Source of the DNA: Octopus vulgaris
Lineage: Eukaryota
NCBI GenBank assembly: GCA_951406725.2
Contig: OX597821.1
Span: 70,432,001 to 70,496,000, forward strand
Reading direction: 5' to 3'
Length of the DNA: 64,000 bases
Below the pieces are notes generated by a model, which was not told where the DNA came from, searched no databases, and saw only the letters and a list, made by a program, of their open reading frames with translations. This document shows, piece after piece, positions 39,119-56,076 of the stretch. The translations under genes and the position numbers were made by a program. Numbering within the stretch: the first letter of the stretch is position 1; each line of letters opens with the position of its first letter.

Positions 39119-39481
39119 CAAATTAATGAGTGCGTGCATCAGGATTATGTAAAAAGACAATAAACAGAAAATATGACATACTATATAATAAATACTATAT
39201 ATAAATAAAAATACTATATATAATAAAAAAAAGACGTGTAGTAAAAAAACAAACGAACGTATACTAAATACACAGGTGAACAGAAAACATAGGTCATTAA
39301 TTCTTCATCAGTTATCGGCCAGAGGGGTCAAATGCAATTTCAGCCATTATCGATAATATTGCTTCCACTGTGGATGCACCGACGAGAAACTTGTCGGGAA
39401 TGGCACCTAAACATAATAAAATGAGACGGGCTCCAGACAAAATGACAAAAAGAATAAAGACTTAGGGCCACACGAAGACAC

Positions 39482-39525
<44 letters not shown>

Positions 39526-40687
39526 ATATATATATATATATACGCACATATATATATACACATACGCACACACACACACAAACACATATATAAATATATA
39601 TGTACATACGTGCATATATATATATATTATATATATATATATATATATCCTTCACCAAGTGCCACATATAAGAGGAAGCTCTTAGTAATAACAGTGTAGC
39701 AAAACGGCGGTGCATCAGCATGAGCTACAAAGAGAATATAATATATATATATATATAGAATTTGTATACGTGAAACTAACACCACCGCTGATAGTTAGAC
39801 CTCCGATGGCTTTGACCATATATGCTTTCTATATACAGCGGTGGTGTACCCCTATTCTTGTTAGATTGACAGTATTCATATATATCGCCCCATATATATA
39901 TGTCTCTATATATATATATAATATATCTTATATATATATATATATATATATATACATACACATACATATTTATACATACACATATATATAATATATATGG
40001 AGAGAGATACAAACATATGCACACAATTATGTGAATGTGTTTGTGTGTGTGTGTGTGTGTGTGTCTGTTTTTGTGAGTGTGTGCATGTGTGTTTGTATAT
40101 AAATATGTCCATGTATGTATGTTTCTGTTTGTATTTGTCCCCTACCAACCCTTTACAACAAGCGTTCGTTTTTCTTTTTTTCACGTGCCCGTAACTTAGC
40201 GGTTCGCCAAAAGGTACTCATATAATAAATACTTTAAAAATATAAGTACTGCAGTCTATCTTTTCAACTAAAACCCCTGCAAGGTGGTGCCCCAGCATGG
40301 CCGCAGTCCAATGACTGGAACCAGTAACGTTGTGAACCTTGTGATACAGAGCGCCGTGTCATGTGTTTAGTTTTCACCTGACAGGCTCAGAGAACTTGTC
40401 TTATCTTAGTCTTGTCTTATCTTAGTCTTGTCTTATCTTAGTCTTGTTTGATCGTTTGAGGTTGCACACAGAGAATTAAATATGGCGAGTCTGAAGCGAC
40501 GGAGGCAAAAGGCTGGGGAATATATATCCTGCGAAATGGTGTTAAATTGAGCGACATAGGAGCAACAGGTGAAGGTTGGGCAACACTGTACCACTAACCA
40601 TTTTGCTGCCGTTTGCCCGTGGGATTCTATTTTGTCATTTGTGTATGTGCGTATGCGCGCGCATAATTGTGTGTGTATGTTCGCATG

Positions 40688-40718
<31 letters not shown>

Positions 40719-41009
40719 TATACGTTTTCTTAAGGCTTTTCTTTATATATTCGTCATCATTATCTTCTACATGATCATCATCGTCGTTATCCCATTCCCC
40801 CACTCCCACACCCACCATCTTCATCATTATCATCGACGTCGTCGTCGTCGTCATCGTCGTCATCATCATCATCATCATTGTTATCAATGTTATTAGTATT
40901 TCTCACAATATTTGCTGTTTCTACTATTATTATATTTCTCCATTCATTCTTGTTGTTCTTTTTGCTGTTGTTGTTGTATTCTAGTTGTTGTTTGGGAAGC
41001 ACTAAAGCA

Positions 41010-41170
41010 ACCTTGACTCAAAATTATAAGCACCCGGGAATAAACGAAGGAGATCATATACACCATACTACTATGACGGGAAAAAAATTAGAAAGGAATA
41101 TTCTAGGAGAATGAAACTTGTCCTGAAGACTGAACTTGACTTTAGAAATCGTATCGATGCCATTAACACC
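41010..41170 (+). mobile_element. Dong/R4-type RT fragment
   Basis: YKHPGINEGDHIHH..M, then after a frameshift VLKTELDFRNRIDAIN. Confidence 0.5.
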
Positions 41171-42107
41171 CTGACACTTCTAGTCGTCCAATACAGATAC
41201 AAACAATGTAATACACACAGACTATATTATCAACGCATAGAACTGACACGACACCTGGACAGATTACAGAGGCTAAACACATAGCAATAGACGGACTAAA
41301 CCGCAACAGAAAAAACGAATGGAACAAGAATACCCACCACCACCACAACACCACGCTACACGACAACTAAAGACAGAAGGGAAGAAAACAGATACAAACA
41401 ATGTAATACACAGAGAATAGACAAATATGGACATACCTATGATAAGTATAAGAAATAGAGATAAATAGATAAACACAAAAATTACTGTATAAAGGGCACG
41501 GATACAAACAACATAGAAAGCGAACCCATATACACAAACACAACCATACGTACAGTAACTACACAAACGGCAACAACAACATCAACAACGTGACCGACAT
41601 CAACGACAACAATAACTGGCATGATGGCAGCCGAACACACAAACACAGAGAGATACAGGACGATACCAAAAGTCGGGGTCAAGGGCAGCAACAGCGGCAA
41701 CGAGTGAGGAGGACGTAGGTGTGCGGAGGATCATAGAGCTACCAGGAACAACGACGATAACGATGACAACGTAAAAGGCTTAAGCCCAGAAATACACACA
41801 CGAAGAATGGAAAATTCCGTCTTTTCCTGACTTGTTGATCTTTCCAGCCTTATAATTTAAAGTCCAAGGGAGATAACCCTTTTACCTGTTTAACTTCTTA
41901 CATTTTAGTCAGTGATTTCATTTTCCGTTGCTGCTGCTACTACTACTACTACTACTACTATTATCACCACCACTACCACCACCACCACCGCCACCGTCAG
42001 CACTGCCATATGTGTACACACATATGTATGAGTGTATGTCGTAAATATATATATGCGATCTTGTCTACACCTATGGAAATGTATTATGACTATGTGTGTG
42101 TGTGTGT

Positions 42108-42154
<47 letters not shown>

Positions 42155-42159
42155 CATAT

Positions 42160-42455
42160 GAAGGCGCAGGGCTGAGTGGTTGGGATACACGGCTCTCGAT
42201 CGAAAAGTAGTGAGTTCGACTCTTGTCGGCGCGTTGTGTCTCTTCGAGCAGATACACTTTATTCCGCGTTGCTCCGGTCGACTCACCTGGTAAAAATGAG
42301 TTTTACCTGTAATTCAACGGGTCAACGTTGCCACATTAAGAGTACACGTGCCTGTGGAGTGCTCAACCACTGGCACGTTAATTTCACGAACAGGCTCTTC
42401 AGTTGATCGGATCACCTAGAACACTCGTCGTCGTAACCGATGGAGTACCAGTTAG
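42160..42455 (+). mobile_element. SINE family C
   Basis: tRNA-like head; shares CACTTGCACGTTAAT-like body with 57660-58170. Confidence 0.65.
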
Positions 42456-42464
42456 TAGTATGTA

Positions 42465-44033
42465 TCTCTCACTATATAAAACTGAGAATGTGTGTCTGTC
42501 TGTCTGTGTGTTTCCCTAAAACTTGAGAACTACACAACCAATTTCATTCAAATTTTACACATTACGTCCGGGGAGTGTCATGGGCAAAAAATGTTCAACT
42601 TCTTGCCTAGGGCGAGCCCATAGCAATATCATATCTTCTCCAGTATTTCAGTATTACGTGTTAAAAGTGAAACAAAAACATTTCCCTATTTTATGTCAGA
42701 TACTTTCACTTTAACAATAAAAATTAGAGATAATAATAACAATTGAATTATATGTAGTAAGTAATAATTAAAATCAAACTAAATTAAATCGTAACATAAC
42801 AATTAAAAGTAAAAATAGCAATTGGTATAAAATTGCATCAATGACTTGAACTTGAATAAGTGGTTTCACATGAATGAGAATAAATTAAAAATAAAATTAG
42901 TGTGCAGAAATGGAATAGTCCAGATGGAGCTGTGCACATACCCTTTACCACGGCTTTTACATTAGATTATCTGCTAATTAGCTAGCATTAAGTATCTATA
43001 TGAGGTTTGGCTGTATGTAATGTCTGTTTTCTCGAACAGCCGCTTCTACTGAGTACTGCTGTTGGTTTAGCTTCAACTGAGTATAGCTTTTTGATTCATC
43101 GTAAGGTCTGTTGTTGTTGTTATTATTATTACTGTTTAACTATTGTTATCACGATTGTTGGTTCCTCGTAAGGGAAACGTTGTTGTGTTGCATTTGTTAA
43201 ATAATTGTAAACCGTAACCCTTCCCCTTTGGGAGAAGGAGCTTTGGTTATTGTTTAAAAATTGAATTGTGTCCCTGTTTGAGGAAATTGACAATATTTTC
43301 ACCGTTTATACGGAAACATTTTTGTTAAAATGCCTTCGATGGAAGACTGCCCCAAAATGAATTTTGCTGCAGCCGTCGGCGGGCGCGAACTGATTAAAAT
43401 TAAAATGGAAGAAATACAAACCTATTTCGGATTGATCACCGACAAAGACGGTGAATCTAGGATAACACCACCAAACGAAATAAAAAATAAAATTAAAGAA
43501 AAGACTATTGTCTATAAAGTATACAATGTAGAGAAAAAAAAGATTTGAACACCTGGAGGAAAGCACCATCGAAAAGTGTCTTGGTGCGACTATGAAAGAC
43601 TGTGAAAGTATCTAACCAGAGGCGGTAAATTCACCACAATAGAAGCAAGGTTCGAGTCAACGGAGCGTGCAAGGGAGTACTCGACTCGAACCTTGCAAAG
43701 TGGAAATATTTTATTTTTACCTTTATATCTGGGACGTAGGGCGTCCAGGATAAGAATTTAAAATGTCCCCCCAGAAGTAGAGGTAGGCTGGATTGTAGCC
43801 ACACTTCTATACAAGAGGGAGGACAAGATACAATTGATCGAAATTGCAAGAGACGGGCCTACGATTCCAGTCTGTTATATATTTTGAGTATTGTTATCAC
43901 TAGCGATATCAAGATATAACTTTGTATTTTGTATTTTATGTGTAGATGTATATATATAGATGTACACATATATATATACACATATATACATGTACTAGCA
44001 CTATGACCCGGCAACGCCGGGTTATAATGCTAG
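42465..44033 (+). mobile_element. Non-autonomous Helitron (~1.6 kb) with foreign internal sequence
   Basis: A|TC start followed by TATATAAA...GTGTCTGTC like the other Helitrons; 3' ACCCGGCAACGCCGGGT hairpin then CTAG|T. Confidence 0.6.
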
Positions 44034-44871
44034 TATCTATAATACACACGCACACACATATGTATGTATATATTGTACCTCTATATATGCATATGCGTAG
44101 ATTTATACAGTCTTATATAACTGTGTATTATGCGCACACACATATATATACATATATACACCTATGTGTGAGCGTGTATTTAAGCATTCTTTTCTTCCTC
44201 CCTTATATTTCCATGCCCTCCATCTCTTCACTGTCCTTGTTTGTATCTCTGTATATTTATGTGTACGTTTGTATCTTTTTGTATTTGCGTTGTATGATTC
44301 TCATTCGCTTATCTGCAGCTCGTATAATATTTATCTGCTTCTGCTCAACCAGCCAGCCAGCCAGCCAACCAGCCAACTTCGTATCTATTCATTTAAAACC
44401 CTGACCCCAACATCACCACCACCACCACCACCACCACCACCACCTAACCCCATAAAGAACATATACTAAGGAATCTATTGTTCCCGTTATGTTGTGTATT
44501 CTCACGTGATTCCTAACCAATTCTCTTGTAGTAAGCCATGACCAAACTCTTTTCTTTCTTTAAGAATCATGTTTTCTTTTTGTCATGGAATCATATTATA
44601 TTACCCGAGAACAGATAAATACTTACATTCACAAAAGGAAAAAAAAATTAATAATGGAGGAAAATAGAAGGGGAAATAACTCTTAAATGTTTTCAGGAAA
44701 AATAGAAGAAAAAGTGAAAAGTAATAAATACAAACATTTAAACGAAGGCATAAATACAATGTTCTCTTTTTTTTATGCTAATCCAATGCTGTAATTTTAC
44801 GAATATATTTTTCATGTTTGTTGCAATATTTATACAAACACGTTCAGCAACAAATGTTCACAGAGAGAGGC

Positions 44872-44991
<120 letters not shown>

Positions 44992-45104
44992 AAGAGAGAA
45001 CTATACATACGCATGTGCAGAAATTCACCCGTAACACGAAGGCATCTAAAGAGGTACATACAAGCACGTTCACTCACAAACACACAATTCACAAGTAAAT
45101 ACCA

Positions 45105-45153
<49 letters not shown>

Positions 45154-45438
45154 ATGTATGTGTGAAGGAATTCAAATAGAATGCGTTCATTATTTATATG
45201 CTCAATATAAATGATTATTTGCAAGGTTCATAGATGTAAATTGGCATACACCTACTTACCTACCTACCTACATTCCTTCTTACCTATCTACCTACCTACC
45301 TATATACATAAATATATTTATATACAAACATATATAGGTACATACATGCATACATATATATGTATATGTATGTAAATATCTATATAAGTATATATTTCTA
45401 TATATATAAACACACACATATATATACACACACAAATA

Positions 45439-45489
<51 letters not shown>

Positions 45490-46016
45490 ACACACATATA
45501 TACACAAACACACACACATATATATATAGACACACATACAAGTGTGTATATGTTCAACTCTTTCCCCGTTGCTGCAGAAAACAGACCAACTGTGCTCCAA
45601 CTGTGCTGATGACAGCTACCGAGGCAGAAGCAAGTATAGACATCTGGTCTGTTTTTGCGCGTGTGTGTATGTGAATATATATTTCGGGTAAATTTAGCAG
45701 GTGATTACGATTATGACAAAGATAACAAGAAGTTAAGGTATGTATACATACATCTATATAAGTATGTATGTATATATATATATATACATATATACATTTT
45801 TCAAAATGTAACCACATGTGGAACGTTGGCAATTTTTTTTCATCCGTCTTCCTTCTCTCTTGGATTTTCCTTTGTCTCCTATTTCTGAAGAAGAGTATTC
45901 GCTCGAAACGTTAAACCATCTTTCTTTCCTTCCCTGAGCGTCTGCTAATACTTTACATGTACCACGTCCTCGTGTTGTTTTTTTTATGTATGTTCTTTGT
46001 TTTTTGGGGGGATTTG

Positions 46017-46063
<47 letters not shown>

Positions 46064-46821
46064 TATTATGTTTGTTTTCCAGTTTCAGCTCTTGAGCTGT
46101 GGCCATGCTGGGGCACCGCCATTTAAAATTATCAACATGCTTATACATTCATAGACTTATAATAGTATACGTATGAGTGTTTGTGAATGCGTGAATGTAT
46201 ATATACTCGTGTGTGTGTGTGATATTATTACCTCAGTCACAAACTTAAGGAAGAGCTCAATGCATCAGAATGTAGAGTGAAACATTTATTCAAAAACAGA
46301 GCGTCCGACTATTGAACGAAGGTTTCGAAGCCAGCAGGTCCAAGTCTACCGATTTCTCAATGAAATATACTTAGGTAAACACATACATGTACACACACAC
46401 CTTAATGCGTGCGTATGTTTGTGCACTTATGTATGTGTAAGTATTTATGTGTACGTGTGCATTTGAATGTGTTTGAATGTGAGGCTGTCGTAAGTAGTTG
46501 GCCATTGGCTTCTGTTGATTGATAATTATGCTTGCCCGAAGCCAAAGAAATAGAAATCTATGGATTTAAGCAAAAACCGATCTGGCTTCTCACTCTCTCT
46601 CTCTCTCTCTCTCTCTTACTGTATGCATATATGTATACATATAGAATGCATTCATAGAAATAGTTATACATATACACACTCACACGCCACTTCCATACAC
46701 ACTGATATATAATGCGACAGACATTCGGGATTGATAAATCTATGGAAACTAGACACACACATACACAATTGCACGCATACGTATATAAAGACTATATAAA
46801 TATATAGATATAGATACATGT

Positions 46822-46881
<60 letters not shown>

Positions 46882-47516
46882 GTGTATGTATGTATGTGAA
46901 TGTGCTTGTATATGTATGCATTTATATATATATATACGTACATACATGAATAGATAGACAGACACACAGACAGACAGATAGATATATAGATTGACAGACA
47001 GACAGATAGACATACAGATAGATAGATAGATAGATAGATAAACAGACAGACAGATATACATACATACATTTATCTACACAGGCAGTCGCACATACGCATA
47101 TAAAAATAGTCGCGCGTATATGCATATATGTATGCATTCATTCATATATATATATATATATATACATATATATACACACACACATAACAACATACCTACA
47201 TATATACACGTACGTATGTATATATATATACATATATACATACGCACATATACTGACGTGATTGTGTGTGTATATCTGACCAGTAGACTATGTGCAAAGT
47301 GAAGGCAGGGGATCTCTCTTTCTCTCCGGTTCTCTCTCCCCCAACTTTCTCAGTATATGTATATGTGTATATATATACTGATATAAATACATACATACAC
47401 ACATATGTATGTAAGTATATATATATACACACATACATATATATATGTGTGTATTGCGTATGTATTTATATATATACACATGTATGTACCTATATATACG
47501 TACATACATACATACA

Positions 47517-47596
<80 letters not shown>

Positions 47597-47943
47597 CACA
47601 CACGGAATTTTGTCGTGGTTGTCATTCTTGTTATTGTTGTTGTTGATTTTGAAATTTTGCAAAAAATTTGCCCGCGATTTGCCTCATTATTCAATTTCGG
47701 TTTATTTGTTTATTTGTGCGCTTATTTCTGTGTATATATGTGATGTGCGTATACATTCTTGTATGTATGTATGCATGTATGTATGTATGTATGTATGTAT
47801 GTATGTATGTATGTATGTATGTATGTATGTATGTATGTATGTATGTATGTATGTAGGTATATATGTATGTATGTGTGTGTGTGTGTCTCCAAATATGTCA
47901 CTTCTACTTCATCATAGATCTACATGAATTTGAAGTTAATACT

Positions 47944-47986
<43 letters not shown>

Positions 47987-47988
47987 AG

Positions 47989-48070
<82 letters not shown>

Positions 48071-48172
48071 AGAGAGAGAGAAGTAAAGAAAGGAAGAGAG
48101 AAAGTGAGAAATACATCCATACATACATATATATGTATATGTATACATATATACATATACATATATATATAT

Positions 48173-48221
<49 letters not shown>

Positions 48222-49014
48222 TATATACATATATACACATACATATATATTTATATATATATACATATATATTCACACACACACACTGACACACACACAT
48301 GTTTCTGCGAGTGTAAGTGCGTGTATATACTCGCAAGTGTCTGTGTGGGTGGATGTATATTCGTGTCAGCTTCAGAGGTTTTCCATATATTTTTCATCAT
48401 TTATTTCCTTGATTTTTCTTTATTTTTTCATTGTTTTCATTTTTTTTTTTTCAATTATATTTTTGCAGACATTTTTTATTGTTGATGATGATGACGGCTA
48501 CGACAACGACGACGACGACGACGATGATAATGATGATGAAGACGATTATGATGACGATGATGATGATGATGGTGTCGACAAGGAAAACAACGACGACGAC
48601 GACGACGACAAATATGATTAAGTCTGTAACAGTAATGCTGATAGTGATGGTGATGGGGTCTCATGATTCTGATTGTGGACATGATGATGATGAAGATGAT
48701 GATGAGGGGGATGAAGAAGAAGATGGTGACGACGACGATGATGACGATGACGGTGACGTCGGCCATAATGACGATGACTCTCTGATGAGGCGGAATGTTT
48801 GTCCATAGAATTACATCTTATAGATTTTATTGCAATTTGTCAAAAACTGAAGTTGGCCTCCTTAATTAGTGAGCGGCAGAAAATCTTTCTCCATGGCCCC
48901 AACTCCAATAGATTTTTCCACGGCATAATCCAATTTAATCATTTTAAACAATGTCCTCATCATTATCGCCGTTGCTGTTGTTGTTGTTGTTGTAATTATT
49001 ATTATTATTATTAA

Positions 49015-49045
<31 letters not shown>

Positions 49046-49159
49046 CAGGTTGCTATTAACTTCCATGTTCAATCATCTTGTCCTAATGTATCTAGGATTA
49101 CACTATCCAATGTATCTTTCTACTTTTAGGACAGCAGGGTATGTATAATGGATATTTAG

Positions 49160-49160
<1 letters not shown>

Positions 49161-49223
<63 letters not shown>

Positions 49224-49311
49224 CACAACAACTACTACTACTACTACTACTACTACCACTACTACTACTACTACCACCACCACCACTACTACTACTACTA
49301 CTACCACCACC

Positions 49312-49346
<35 letters not shown>

Positions 49347-49395
49347 CACTACCACCACCACCACCACTACTACCACCACCACCACCACCACCACC

Positions 49396-49462
<67 letters not shown>

Positions 49463-49491
49463 TCACCACCACCACTACTACTACTACTACT
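49161..49491. repeat. (ACT/ACC)n compound trinucleotide array
   Basis: Direct reading of the sequence. Confidence 0.95.
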
Positions 49492-49949
49492 GGCCGGTGA
49501 AACGTCTATGTTGAAGCAGCTTTTGGATGGATGGATGGATGGATGGATGGATGGGTGGATGGGTGGATGGAATGGAAGCATGCATGTATGTCTTTCCCTT
49601 CTTTATATTTATGAACTTCCTTTCCAGAATGATCGACCTGGTTTCTAACAAAGAAACAAACTCGCCCATCATTGCAGTTGGGATAAGAACAGCCAGAATT
49701 GTCACATGTCTCACCTTAAAAGAAAATCACAGATATTTTCACTGTTCTACTGACAGATTGCATTTGTAAACTTCGTGTTAACCAGTTTCTTTCTTTGCTT
49801 GACAATCTTAACTTCTCCAGATTATGACTTGTACATTTCCTAACGTAACCAAAGATACCAATGTATTTTGTTTGAATGTAAACAAGGCATCGCAGGTTTC
49901 GAAACAGCTGCTCATCGATATTCTCCTTATTGATTTTGGAAGTGATATT

Positions 49950-50480
49950 CTGTTATATGTTTGCACAAATCATCATAGAGCTACTTTCATGATTCACGTT
50001 AAGGGCAAACAGTCAGGGATAAGGGCTCCTTTCGGTTGTCTCCAAACAGAAACTCGCCCAGAAGTAGGGAGGAAAAAGATGAATAATGATTCATTAGAGA
50101 AGATGACATTGTTTCATGGAGCCATTGATAAGTTCTGATCGTCTATACAACATTTCCTCCCGCTTAGTAGAAGTTTAGCAATTGCAGCCTTGCTTTCAGA
50201 TGTATGGAGCTCAAAATGAAAGGTTTTTGCTTGACACAGGTTTGGCAAGGTGTGGTGCTGTTATCCCTTTTACTGCTGTAGTTCGATTGTTTTTGACAAA
50301 ATACAATTCACTATTCTGCGTTCCTTTGCTGTGTGTTTTCCCTCCCATCTAGAATTATGTTTGCCAGAGCTAGTTCCCCTTTGGTTTTGAAAGGTCATCA
50401 TGGTTTTAAGACTACTGCTCGAAAGATTAAACAAGGCAACAGTTTTAGGGATTGAAGTCCCAATCATTCACATTCCAACA
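49950..50480 (-). mobile_element. Decayed Tc1/mariner transposase
   Basis: GTSIPKTVALF..GTSSGKHNS..NRTTAVK..HLAKPVSSK..AAIAKLL; NVIFSNES..GRVSVWRQPK..PDCL (Tc1 W..VIFSDES and GRV.VWR motifs). Confidence 0.7.
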
Positions 50481-50499
50481 ATTTGTCCTCATTGGATGG

Positions 50500-51230
50500 A
50501 TTAGTAGCGACTGTGATTTTAAGGCCTAAATGGCCGAAGGTAGAAGTAACTTCCTAAACTTATCTAGGGTGTGACCACCACAGCCATGGGAAATACTCAA
50601 TCAGTCGTCTCGGTACGGACCAACATCCTGAGATGGATACTTGGATATCAATGTGTTTAATACAAAGAAACCCACAAGATGGCAGACGTCAGCACTACCG
50701 CACGATCCCATTGATACGTCAAACAATTCACCATTATCCGACTTCTTTATCCATGCTGGGTCCTTACTAAACAGTAATGTTTTCCTTGCATGCATGATAA
50801 AGTCCAGGTCTACAGGGTCTATACCAACATATGACTTAGCAAACATGATGGCTTTATCAAGCAGCGATCTCGACATGGAGGGATAAAGATCTATCACGTC
50901 AAACTAAGTTTAGCCCTATACTTATTCTTAATGTTCTTGAACCAATCTATTACAATAAAACTATTATATTCCGTTGTTATAGCCTAGTGGTCTCTAATTT
51001 TATTACTAATGCTTCTTAGTATCTTTTAGCTACTAGCCCGATATCAGTCCTCGCTGGATTTAACAATCTACAAGTGGGTTTATTAAGATAATTAGGTTTA
51101 TGGTATTTTAAAGTAATAAAAGCTTCTCTTTTTGTGCTAAGCATTCTAATCTATCGTCGATTTTACTACGTTTAGCGAGAAATTTAGCCTCATCATTAAT
51201 ATCATGGTACTAATGATATTGTACTAATGA
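50500..51230 (-). mobile_element. Penelope-like RT (N-terminal to catalytic region)
   Basis: [28 protein letters not shown]; DLYPSMS..FDVSMGSCGSADVCHLVGFFVL..GPYRDD. Confidence 0.82.
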
Positions 51231-51289
51231 TTGTTTATGATAGCTTTCTGATATTTAGTGATATTGGTGTCATTTAACAACTTAAACAA

Positions 51290-52670
<1,381 letters not shown>

Positions 52671-52699
52671 ATATATATATATATATATATAAGAGTATT

Positions 52700-52930
52700 G
52701 GTATATCCAGAAGACTCAAGGTGGCAGGTAAGGCTATGTAAGTGTTATGGAAGGACCAGTGTCAACGCTCAGCCTGTAAGTTATGTCTAAAGGAGGCATT
52801 CCACATGTTAAAACACAACTTTTCAATACTACTAAATAAATATAATGAGGCCCTAGGTACATGCAACCACCGCTTTTTTCATACCTTCAAATTTTACCAC
52901 AAGTACAAAGGGAACCTAAATTACTATGCA
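52700..52930 (+). mobile_element. Penelope-like GIY-YIG C-terminal fragment (different family)
   Basis: CKLCLKEAFHML...LLNKYNEALGTCNHR. Confidence 0.6.
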
Positions 52931-54206
52931 TTACATATCCCGAACACCCCTTCGGTAATTTCCAGTAACCCTATTTGACTTTCCATTGTCTTCGTTTTTA
53001 ATTTTTTAACTCTCCAATCTTATCTTTTAATTGTTTAATAATACATATATGGACATGTAATGCGTGCATGTGTATGGATGTATATGTGTGTGCGTGTGTG
53101 TGAATACATATATATGTGTGTATACGCGTATATGTATGCATGTGTATGAGTGCATGCATACATCTATGGGTGCGTATGTGTGCGTATATATATATATATA
53201 TATGCGTTTGTGTTTAAGTACATAAATATGCGGGCCTATATAATAATGTGTATAACAGTGCATATACACACGTATGTGTATGTGTGTGCGCGCGTGCGTA
53301 TATCAATATACACTTCTTTCTTTCTCTGATTACTCAGCCCCCACTATCACATTAGCCAGTACAATAAACACCTCCGTCTTTGTTTAGAAACCTGACTATT
53401 AAATCTTATTATTCTGCCTTCCTTTTGAGGTTTACTTCTCACTTTAGTAACCCCACTCCACCTCACCCTGTATCATTTTCTGTACCCATCCTTCCACCTT
53501 AGTGCCTTTCAAACATATCACCCCCACCTCACACTCCTCACATTCTTATCTCTTCGCATCCCACCCCGGCTCCTCTCCCGCCCCCTCATAATATTTTAAC
53601 TACTAACTAACACTCTTTCTTTCATTTTTTCATTTTCTCTTCCTCTTTCTTTCTTGCTTCTCTTCCACCTATTCCTTTTGACCATTCTCCTCATTTTAAC
53701 ATCCTCATCTTTTCTCTCCTCTCTATCTACTTAACACTGCCACTACATTCTCAAAATTTCATTCACAAGACACCTTTGAATGGAATCTACGTCTTCACAC
53801 TTTCCAATTGTAATGACAAAATATGAAATCCTATCAGAATTTACATAGAATGGATTAGAAGCATTTTTACCACTTCTACACACCACTTTCCTTGGACAAT
53901 GGAATTGCAACTACAACATCCTACATTGTTTTTTACTTTTATTCTTCTATTTCCCCTTATACTTCTTATTGACATTCTTTTCCAAAACAACGCCTTACAT
54001 TGAACTTTACTATTTCCCTCTATATATCCATCTCACATGTGATGAAGGGATATCCTGTAAGACTAATTTTCTCTTTATAAATGTCCTGAAAATTCCACAC
54101 AGCCTTGGCTTTGTTGTCTCATTTTATGTAACATACGCGCGCGCGCACACACACACACATGAATTATATATATATAATAAATATATATATTATATATATA
54201 TATATA

Positions 54207-54596
54207 TCTTTATATATAAAAGAAAGGTTGTGTGTCTGTCTACTCCGATTTAGATTCCTAACTACTCCCACATTTTGCGGTGCAGTTTAACCAAAACCGG
54301 GTATCTTATAGTCGTCATTCATATCGAGCCCTTCGAGGTATTAGCGCGCGTCTACGATGAGTCTACGATTTTTAAAATAATTTACCATCATTTTTTTCCA
54401 TTTAAATGCATATTTTTTAATATAAGGGAAGTAACTCTATAAAAATGTCTACGATGAGTCAACGATTTAAAAAAAATTTACCATAATTTTTTTCCATTTT
54501 TAATGCATTTTTTGCTATTTTTTTGCTATAATTCTCTAAAAATGCTTTATAGTTATTTCCCTTACAAACCCGAGCAACGCCGGGTGATACTGCTAG
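54207..54596 (+). mobile_element. Non-autonomous Helitron
   Basis: A|TC...CCCGAGCAACGCCGGG hairpin...CTAG|T, inserted in a TA tract. Confidence 0.85.
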
Positions 54597-54640
<44 letters not shown>

Positions 54641-55019
54641 CCATACTAATATGGCATTCTTATAATTTTCCGGGAACGCTGCCGCTGTTCTCTTTTAGAG
54701 ACTTAGTTATTTTAATATTTCTATATATATATATATATATATAATATATATATAATAATATATATATATTCTATTGTGTGAAATTTGATTTAGTATTTCT
54801 AAATTGAATTTTTTCCCTGTAAGTTAGGATTAATATTCCCTCAAATAAGCATTATAATATATATAATAATATATATATATATATATAATATATATATATG
54901 TATATATATGTGTGTGTGTATATATATATGTGTGTGTGTGTGTAACATTAAATTAGGCAGCGGTTTAGCAACGAATTACCAAAAATCAAAAGCTGTAATT
55001 GTCATTAAACATGACAATT

Positions 55020-55078
<59 letters not shown>

Positions 55079-55876
55079 TGTGTGTATTCCCGACGGGCAA
55101 TTAGCTCGATCGACTCTACAAGGACAGATGTCAATAAATAAAAGCAACCTCGGCGTGATTTGAACCCGGAATCAAAGAGAACTAAAGTAAGTCTTAGGCA
55201 TACATATGTGTATACGTGTGTATATGTGTGCACAGACATGTACGAGAAGAGCGCACGCACGCACATACTCAGCCTTCTAAGTCTCGTTAGCCAGAAGTAT
55301 GTGCATGTCGCGCATGCTCAACGCATCAATCGATTATTCCCTCTGAGAAGACATCGTTAACATATTCTACAAACATTTACCGAACAATACCCGGAACTTT
55401 CCTAATTGAACGACTTCCTCATATTTTAAACACCATTTTGGTTGTTTATAAACACATATTGATTAATACAGCAAATGTGGCGGGTGGGGAGGGGGGTGGG
55501 GGTGGGTAGGTCTATTCAGAATTTAGATTTTACCGTTTATCCCTTTCTTGTTTCATTCATTAGACTGCGGCCATGCAGGGTCATCGCCTCGAGGGATTTC
55601 TTTGTCGAATGAATCCACCCCACGAATGGAAAATGTATGTAGGTTATTTTTTCTGTTTTTATTTTATATTTCTTTCAGTTTTCAACTTTTATTTATTTCT
55701 ATATTTAAGAGATGAGGAATTATGTACATTTTTTATATTATTTACATTTGAAGGATATTTGTCCTCATCTTGTTTGTTGTTAACCTAACGATTCGGCTGA
55801 TATACCCTCCAGGTGTCTTGGGGAAATTTCGAATCTGGGTTCTCATTCCTATGGTATTTTTTGGATGTTGTTATTA

Positions 55877-55938
<62 letters not shown>

Positions 55939-55947
55939 TCGAAGTTG

Positions 55948-56021
<74 letters not shown>

Positions 56022-56030
56022 TCGAAGTTG

Positions 56031-56075
<45 letters not shown>

Positions 56076-56076
<1 letters not shown>

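Noticed and set aside
40395-40446. Three 16-bp direct repeats (CTTGTCTTATCTTAGT) as a CRISPR-like array
   Set aside because: No spacers, eukaryotic context; a simple minisatellite
49098-49581. Poly-Thr/Val/Ser 'mucin-like' ORFs (also poly-His/Val at 60224-60751 and poly-Asp at 48480-48780)
   Set aside because: Pure trinucleotide arrays with no supporting splice structure
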